The translations under genes and the position numbers were made by a program. From the NCBI GenBank assembly GCA_938045545.1, contig CALIBN010000017.1, positions 112 through 64,111 on the forward strand: 64,000 nt of DNA. The letters run 5' to 3'. Below are positions 58,450-64,000 of this stretch, one piece after another. The notes under the pieces were generated by a model. It had not been told where the DNA came from. It was given only the letters and a program-made list of their open reading frames with translations, and made no database searches. This stretch comes from an uncultured archaeon (lineage in GTDB: Archaea; Thermoproteota; EX4484-205; JAAOZP01). Every line of letters starts with the position of its first letter. Position 1 is the stretch's first letter.

Positions 58450-59330
58450 ACAAGCCTCTTTCTCCTAGCCGTGTTCGAAAGAGCCTCGAACAGTATTCTT
58501 ACTGCTGCTGCAGCCGATGCGCCCCCGGGGTCGAGCAGCGGGTTAAGCTCAACAAGGTCGAGCCCCACGAGTTTCTCGCTTACAGTGTTCTCCAGAAGGT
58601 CGAGCAGGATGTTCGTCGGTATCCCGCAGGCCTCCGGATTAGCCACCCCAGGCGCGTAGGCGGGGTCAAGGACGTCAAGGTCTATGCTAACATAAATGCT
58701 TCCAGCGTTATCAACAATACTTCTCAGCCCCACGCATGCTTCCTCAGGATTCCTTAGTAATTGTCTCGATGAAAAGAAGGCTTCGCTTTTCGCATACTCA
58801 ACCTCCTCCCTGCACGCCGCCCTGACGCCCACGTGCACAACCCTGCAAGCCTCCTCCCTTATCCTCCTCATCACTGTCGCGTGGCTAATCCTGACGCCCT
58901 CTGGATACTCGTCCCTGTAGTCGAAGTGAGCGTCGAAGGAGACTATTGTCTCCGGCCTAAGGCCTCTCGCAGCCCCCAAGGTTATCGTGTGCTCCCCCCC
59001 AAGTATTACGGGGATCTTGGAATCCGCATGGATCTCCCTGCATACTTTCTCAACCCTTTTCAAAACCTCGTCGACGTTGAACGTCACTGAAACATCCCCA
59101 AGGTCTGAAACCCTAACGTCCTCGAGGTTAACACCGCCTCCAAGGCTTATGGTTTCAACCTCGGCTGAGAAATGCCTTATGCTGGCGGGCCCGAATCTCG
59201 AGCCGGGCCTGAAGCTCGTCGTCCCGTCGAAGGGCACTCCCACGACTGCGAGCCAAGACTCCTCGTAGCTGCGCCTTATCCCTGAGAAGAAATACGGGTT
59301 TTCAACCAGGTATAGCCTAGCCTCGTCCAA
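58446..59330 (-). CDS. speB: agmatinase (arginase/ureohydrolase family)
   Basis: Ureohydrolase Mn-binding motifs 'ILGGEHTIT', 'SFDAHFDY' and 'SIDLDVLDPAYAPG'. 294 aa. Confidence 0.8.
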   Translation of the reverse strand: MDEARLYLVENPYFFSGIRRSYEESWLAVVGVPFDGTTSFRPGSRFGPASIRHFSAEVETISLGGGVNLEDVRVSDLGDVSVTFNVDEVLKRVEKVCREIHADSKIPVILGGEHTITLGAARGLRPETIVSFDAHFDYRDEYPEGVRISHATVMRRIREEACRVVHVGVRAACREEVEYAKSEAFFSSRQLLRNPEEACVGLRSIVDNAGSIYVSIDLDVLDPAYAPGVANPEACGIPTNILLDLLENTVSEKLVGLDLVELNPLLDPGGASAAAAVRILFEALSNTARRKRLV

Positions 59331-59421
59331 GCCTGCTTGCAGAAGCCTTTGAAATAGATAAAGGTTCCCCCGTCTCCTAGCCGCTTAAAAACCTTGGCAA
59401 CACTGTTCAAACGGGTTAAAA

Positions 59422-60075
59422 ATGTGTTTAAACCAGTGTCCACAGGCGTTCCCATTCTTGACGATTTTAGAAATGCTCCTTCTCTGCCACGCTGCTTTCC
59501 AAGACCTGGAGAAGAGGGAGCTCAATGCCTCCGCATGGCTTCCAATCCTCCTGCTCGGCCTCTCGGCTTTCACCTTTGAGCTGGCTTCAAACACGCTTCT
59601 CGAAGCCTTTTTCAAGCTTGTTCAAACCATAAGCCTCCTAGGATTGCTGCTCCTCCTAGGCCTCTATGGGCCTGGGGACGCGTTGATACTGGTAGGCATA
59701 TGCTTAACCCATGTTTCAACAACTATGCCCCTGCTGCATGGCGGCCTACTGAGGGTTTTCTACCCGGATTTCAGCCTGACTGTTCTTTTGAACGCTGAAA
59801 TCCTTTCTTCAACAATCGTTGCTTCAAACCTTGTTCACAACCTGCGCTCCGGAGCCTGGGGCTCTTACCCCAGCGAGCCTTTTAAAAAGAGGATTATCCG
59901 CATGCTGCTGCTCAGGGCTGTGGGGAACGGTGAGTCTTCTCTGAAGGAGCTTGACATCGGCAGCACCGGGAAAGGAATAGTATTCGTTAAAAAGACTGTT
60001 CCACTCGCATTCTTCATTCTTCCAAGCTATTTGGCGACTCTTCTCTTCGGAAGCCTCCTCCCCCTACCGGCTTAG
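59422..60075 (+). CDS. second A24-like aspartyl peptidase-like membrane protein (divergent prepilin-peptidase paralog)
   Basis: 'HAAFQDLEKRELN' parallels the first catalytic-Asp motif 'D(L/F)xxRE(I/L)'. 'LYGPGDALIL' is a GxGD-type second motif. 217-aa polytopic protein. Confidence 0.4.
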   Translation: MCLNQCPQAFPFLTILEMLLLCHAAFQDLEKRELNASAWLPILLLGLSAFTFELASNTLLEAFFKLVQTISLLGLLLLLGLYGPGDALILVGICLTHVSTTMPLLHGGLLRVFYPDFSLTVLLNAEILSSTIVASNLVHNLRSGAWGSYPSEPFKKRIIRMLLLRAVGNGESSLKELDIGSTGKGIVFVKKTVPLAFFILPSYLATLLFGSLLPLPA

Positions 60076-60120
60076 GGAGACAGTTTTCCAAGCAGCCTGG
60101 GGATTGAAAACATCCGAAGC

Positions 60121-60678
60121 TTAAGGTATGAATACTGCTGCCGCCACGACGGTCGTCCACATGCCGTCCTTATTGCCAACTGCGGACTGGGTTATGCTCA
60201 TCGTTTTAACCCTGCGGCCGCTTATCTTCCATATCTCCTTCTGCTCATCCCAGCTCTTATCTATGTCGAACGGAACCCCGAGCGTGGAGGCGAGCATGAA
60301 TGCTGCAAGGTCCTCAGCGTAGTCCCCAGCCTTCTTCTCAGTCTGGCCGAAAGAATGGTGCTCGCTCAAATAGCCGTAGCTCTCGTCGTCAAGAGGCTTA
60401 GCCATGCCTATTGAAGCCGCTATGAGCCTGTTAGGCTCGTTAGTCTCGTTCTTAGCCAGCACTACGAAGATTATCTGCCCCGGCTTAAGCTTGCTCAACC
60501 CCTCTTCTCTGCCTATAACCCTGCATCCCGGCGGTATGATGCTTGAGATCGGGACAAGGTTGAACTGGGCTATGCCAGCGTCCCTGAGAGCTATTTCGAA
60601 GGATGCGAGCCTCTCCCTGTGTACGCCTACTCCTTTAGTGAAGAACACTTCCCTCGGCACGAAACCGTATCCTTCCAT
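60121..60678 (-). CDS. pdaD: pyruvoyl-dependent arginine decarboxylase (PdaD family)
   Basis: 'VFFTKGVGVHRERLASFEIALRDAGIAQFNLVPISSIIPPG' contains the Ser-Ser self-cleavage site. 185 aa. Confidence 0.8.
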   Translation of the reverse strand: MEGYGFVPREVFFTKGVGVHRERLASFEIALRDAGIAQFNLVPISSIIPPGCRVIGREEGLSKLKPGQIIFVVLAKNETNEPNRLIAASIGMAKPLDDESYGYLSEHHSFGQTEKKAGDYAEDLAAFMLASTLGVPFDIDKSWDEQKEIWKISGRRVKTMSITQSAVGNKDGMWTTVVAAAVFIP

Positions 60679-60874
60679 CCTTTAACTGTTGAAAGAGAAA
60701 TCGTTAGAAAGGTTTAAGATAAAGTTTTCCCCCGTGCGTACCCGCAGAGTCTCGCCGGCTCGGAATGTGGACGAAGGCTGCAGGGCAAGGCGGGCTCTGT
60801 GAAGACAGGGCTGGTGAGCCTAGGGTTGACCGCTGAATACTTAGGGCGGCGGGCTGTTGGAAGTGTTGCTTAAA

Positions 60875-61549
60875 ATGGCTGGCGGTAGGATGGAAATGGG
60901 GAGGTTCGATCTCCACATTCATACTTTCTTCTCTAGGGATTCGCTTCTAGACCCGAGGCTGCTTCCTAAGGCGGCTGCTTCAAGGGGGCTCGCTGGCTTT
61001 GCTGTGACCGACCATGATTTTTTCGGAGCCCATAGGATGCTGGGGTCAAGCAGCCTCATAGTCGTGCCCGGGATGGAGATAAGGACTTCAGCGGGGGACA
61101 TGATCGTTCTTTTCATACAGGAGCCCATCCAATCTAGAGACCCCTTCGAGGTTTACGACCTTGCTAGGGAGCAGGACGGCGTACTTATAGCGGCACACCC
61201 CTTCGGCTTCCCGAGGCTTGGCGGCAGCATGGGTGAGGAGGTTACGCGGCTTCTAGACGGCGTTGAAGTAGTTAACTCTAGGAATATTTTCAGGGGACAG
61301 AATGAGAAGGCTCTTAAGCTAGCCAGGAGGCTTGGGAAGGCTGAGACAGGGGGGAGTGACGCCCATACTTTGCGCGAGGTCGGTAAAGCCTATACTCTTG
61401 CAGCCGCCTCCAGCCTCGAGGAGTTGCGTACGGCGATCAGAAGCAGGATGACTAGGGGTGCAGGAGGCTTGAGCAGCCCCATTGTACACTTAGCTAGCTT
61501 CTCAGCGAGCATTGTTCGCAAGCTAGCCCGCCAGCCTCGGTTTCTCTAA
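60875..61549 (+). CDS. PHP-domain metal-dependent phosphoesterase
   Basis: 'FDLHIHTFFSRDS', 'AVTDHD', 'AAHPF' and 'GGSDAHT' are PHP motifs. Start placed at the ATG at 60875. The ORF track begins at the TTG at 60857. Confidence 0.75.
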   Translation: MAGGRMEMGRFDLHIHTFFSRDSLLDPRLLPKAAASRGLAGFAVTDHDFFGAHRMLGSSSLIVVPGMEIRTSAGDMIVLFIQEPIQSRDPFEVYDLAREQDGVLIAAHPFGFPRLGGSMGEEVTRLLDGVEVVNSRNIFRGQNEKALKLARRLGKAETGGSDAHTLREVGKAYTLAAASSLEELRTAIRSRMTRGAGGLSSPIVHLASFSASIVRKLARQPRFL

Positions 61550-61810
61550 GCATCGTTCCTGAATATGCCCCTGGGTGTGAGGTCTCTCAAGGATGCGCAG
61601 GCCTAGAGGTGAAGCTTGTTAAAGGGTTCCTATCATTAATTGAAAAATAATAAAAAAAGAGGAGGGGATTTTAAAAGTCGCGTCAACACTTCTTAGTTGT
61701 CTTCTTAGTTGTCTTCTTCTTAGCCTTTTTCTTAGCGGCCATCTTCAGTAAAATATTATGCAAGCATACACTTAAACTTTTTGTTTTTTAACTTTTTTAC
61801 CAGCCGCGGC

Positions 61811-62977
61811 TCAGCCAGCTAAGCCGTCAAGGGTTTCCAGAAACTTCTCCTTCACCCCGACGGGTAGCACTCCTGATGCTGCAACACTGTGCCCGTCTCC
61901 AAAACCCCCGTGCTCAGCACAGGCTTCCGGAAGAATTTTTGACAACGGTGGTTTAACACCCTCCTCTATCATCCTCCTAAGTCTCGAAGGCGCTCTCGCC
62001 GACACTTTCACATAGTTACTCGCAAGCAGGCCGTAGCCAGGTATCTCCCTCGGAATCTCCATGAACCCGATCAAGTATTTACTTTCGTCGACAATCCTCT
62101 GATAGCTTAAGAAGGATGTGAAGCTTCCGAGAACCTTGCTGCCCATTCCCTTGAAAAAGCTGCCGGAGTCGAACCATTGCAGGCTCCTCTTCTCCCCCAG
62201 CCCCCTCCTGATTATCGTGGCTAGGAGAGCCTTGTTAGCCCTCCTCCTCTCCTCCTCGAGTTTTTCCGAGAGGCTCAGGGCCTCCGGTGTGAAGCCCTTT
62301 AAACAGGCTTCGAGAGCCTTCTGCACGCCTCCCCTGTAGTATCCCACTGAGGCGAGTATGGTGAGGATCTGGGAGGCATTAACCCTTGAGGTGCCGAAGC
62401 CCTTTGCGACTATCTTAAAGTCTTTCCCCCACTTTTTAACAACACCCGCTTTTAAAGAGTCTTCCAGCGCAATCCTGTTGAAGCCTGCTGGTTCACCAGG
62501 TGTTTCAACCGAGCCTATCACCGCCAGGTGGGAAATCCTGATTAAACCCTTGTCAACCTTCCTGGCGAAAAGATAGGCTACTGTCGAGGCTGAAGCGTCT
62601 CTCTCACCCCGGTACCCGTAGAGCTCAGGGTTCAGGTTTAGAACATTGCTTCTCCGAGAAGGCTGAGTATCATGGTGGTCAAGGACGACCGCTAGGCAAT
62701 CCTTCCCGATGTTCTCCTCTATCTTCCCAACGTGCGCTGAGCCGATGTCGCTGAACACCGTCACACGGTGCTCGGAGAGGATTTTCACAAGAACCTCTGG
62801 GAAAAGCTTGTCTAGGCAGAGGGTTTTAACGTTGAAACCCATTTTCTCAAGCGCTGTTTCAACTATCGCCGCTGAGCAAACCCCGTCGGCCTCGTCGTGG
62901 TGGATTAAAACGGCCTCTCCCACTCTGCGCCTAAGCTCCTCAACAGCCTTCGCAAGGCTTGCTTCAAACTGTTCCAA
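61811..62977 (-). CDS. DHH-family phosphoesterase (RecJ-like/GAN-like, second copy)
   Basis: DHH motif I 'LIHHDEADGVCSAAIV', motif III 'AVVLDHHD', and a DHHA1-like 'HGGFGDGHSVAASG'. 388 aa. Confidence 0.7.
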   Translation of the reverse strand: MEQFEASLAKAVEELRRRVGEAVLIHHDEADGVCSAAIVETALEKMGFNVKTLCLDKLFPEVLVKILSEHRVTVFSDIGSAHVGKIEENIGKDCLAVVLDHHDTQPSRRSNVLNLNPELYGYRGERDASASTVAYLFARKVDKGLIRISHLAVIGSVETPGEPAGFNRIALEDSLKAGVVKKWGKDFKIVAKGFGTSRVNASQILTILASVGYYRGGVQKALEACLKGFTPEALSLSEKLEEERRRANKALLATIIRRGLGEKRSLQWFDSGSFFKGMGSKVLGSFTSFLSYQRIVDESKYLIGFMEIPREIPGYGLLASNYVKVSARAPSRLRRMIEEGVKPPLSKILPEACAEHGGFGDGHSVAASGVLPVGVKEKFLETLDGLAG

Positions 62978-63637
62978 GCCTGCTTATTGAGAAGCAGGAG
63001 GGAGAAATAAACATTAGAAACGGATATGACACTCACCACGACCGAAGTCGGGGGATTTCCGGTTCGTCGCCCTTAGGAGCTCATCCTACCGGGTTCAGGG
63101 CTGTGTCAATTCAGCCCCTGCCGTACGCATGTAACACATGGCTCGCTTCATAGTGTTCACCGAACCGTCGTGATTCCGGATGAGACATTCTAGCACCGCC
63201 TCCCGCGAGCTCTGAGCGATAGCCTTGCTAATGCTAGTGGTTTTCCTGTTGCGCGCTACTATGACCTGGCCCGTTTCACATATCTTCAGGAGGATGTCTT
63301 GAGATACGTTAAAGAGATTAACCCCTCGGGGTTCGTTGAGTTCATCCAGAAAAGCTTGGAGCGCATGCTACTAGCGCGATGTCGAAAAGGTCGCGGATAC
63401 GATCATCTCAATGAAGAACGAAGTTGCAGGAGCCTAAGAGGGAGAGGCGATAGCATTACTGCCAAGAGTTAGTAGGGCAATACCGGTTATTGTTACAAAT
63501 ATAACTGCTTCTCCGGGAAAGGGAAACGGATATAAGCATACGCGTAGCACTGTTAACGAGGATTCTTGCTGAGCGAGGAGATTGTTAAGGCTGTTGAAAA
63601 GGTTAAGCCCAGCATTGTTAACGTGAGCACTGTTAAA

Positions 63638-64000
63638 ATGGTTTACGAGTTTTTCTTCTATGCTTTTCCTGTTCACGGCGTGGGTTCAGGCATAGTTGTC
63701 GACGAGGACGGCCTGTTCCTGACTAATCATCACGTTATAAGGGGTTCAGACCGTATTCAAGCATCCTTCTACGACGGGCTTATGACGGAGGGCCGGGTTG
63801 TAGGAGCCGACCCAAGCCTTGACATAGCCTTGATCAAGGTTGACGATGTGGGCCTTAAGCCTGCTGAGCTGGGCGACTCAGACACGCTTAGGGTCGGCGA
63901 GATAGTTATCGCAGTTGGGAACCCGCTCGGCCTCGCTGGCGAGCCGACCGTAACAATGGGTGTTGTAAGCGCTTTAGACAGGCAGATAGTTTCAAGGGAT
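63638..64000 (+). CDS. HtrA/DegP-family trypsin-like serine protease (5' partial, continues beyond the window)
   Basis: 'GSGIVVDEDGLFLTNHHVI' (His), 'DIALIKVD' (Asp) and 'GNPLGL'. The start is uncertain, either the GTG at 63623 or the ATG at 63638. Confidence 0.6.
   Translation, partial: MVYEFFFYAFPVHGVGSGIVVDEDGLFLTNHHVIRGSDRIQASFYDGLMTEGRVVGADPSLDIALIKVDDVGLKPAELGDSDTLRVGEIVIAVGNPLGLAGEPTVTMGVVSALDRQIVSRD

Noticed and set aside
61684-61741. A 19-codon minus-strand mini-ORF, 'MAAKKKAKKKTTKKTTKKC', with a direct 12-nt repeat (cttcttagttgt ×2).
   Set aside because: No ribosome-binding site, no conservation evidence, and it is very short. It is more likely a simple-sequence repeat in the 3' region of the DHH gene. 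It is worth a quick look only if small basic peptides are of interest.
1-64000. A search for CRISPR arrays, rRNA genes and IS or transposase genes.
   Set aside because: I found no regularly spaced repeats of 24-40 bp, no rRNA-like conserved stretches, and no transposase or integrase motifs. The only mobile elements recognisable are the four inteins.

Overview
This 64 kb window looks like a compact chromosomal region of a (hyper)thermophilic archaeon, probably from the TACK/Thermoprotei group. The reasons are about 52% GC, AT-rich TATA-type promoters, TTG/GTG starts with GGAGG/GGTGA ribosome-binding sites, 4-bp gene overlaps, class III (prepilin-type) signal peptides, and archaea-typical proteins (deoxyhypusine synthase, pyruvoyl arginine decarboxylase, THUMP tRNA methyltransferase, presenilin homolog). 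Four inteins sit in three host genes: two in a class III anaerobic ribonucleotide reductase (NrdD), one KlbA-type intein in a FlaI/VirB11-family pilus ATPase, and one mini-intein in a radical-SAM protein, positioned so the C-extein +1 Cys is the third Cys of the CxxxCxxC motif. The most striking block runs from 40.4 to 53.4 kb and is a complete archaeal type IV pilus locus, not an archaellum. It has a TadC/FlaJ-like membrane protein, a major pilin, the intein-carrying ATPase with a Lys/Glu-rich N-terminal extension, and an A24 prepilin peptidase. It also has a six-gene minus-strand operon of pilin-like proteins ending in a giant 1124-aa pilin-like protein. A second, divergent A24-like peptidase lies about 7 kb away. 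Other modules are: a HerA-like ATPase, NurA-like nuclease and DHH phosphoesterase cluster next to an ArsR regulator, with no Mre11/Rad50; an operon of a membrane protein, an unknown protein and a KaiC/RadA-like ATPase; a toxin-antitoxin islet (MNT/HEPN, VapBC, orphan MNT); a bacterial-style phosphorylative deoxy-sugar (L-fucose/L-rhamnose) catabolic cluster with an alpha-L-fucosidase and a GH4 hydrolase; and polyamine/hypusine genes (PdaD, agmatinase, deoxyhypusine synthase). I saw no rRNA or CRISPR array and no convincing tRNA. Two ORF-free segments, one GC-rich and one with a hairpin, are candidate ncRNAs. All functional calls come from motif-level recognition by eye; no searches were run.
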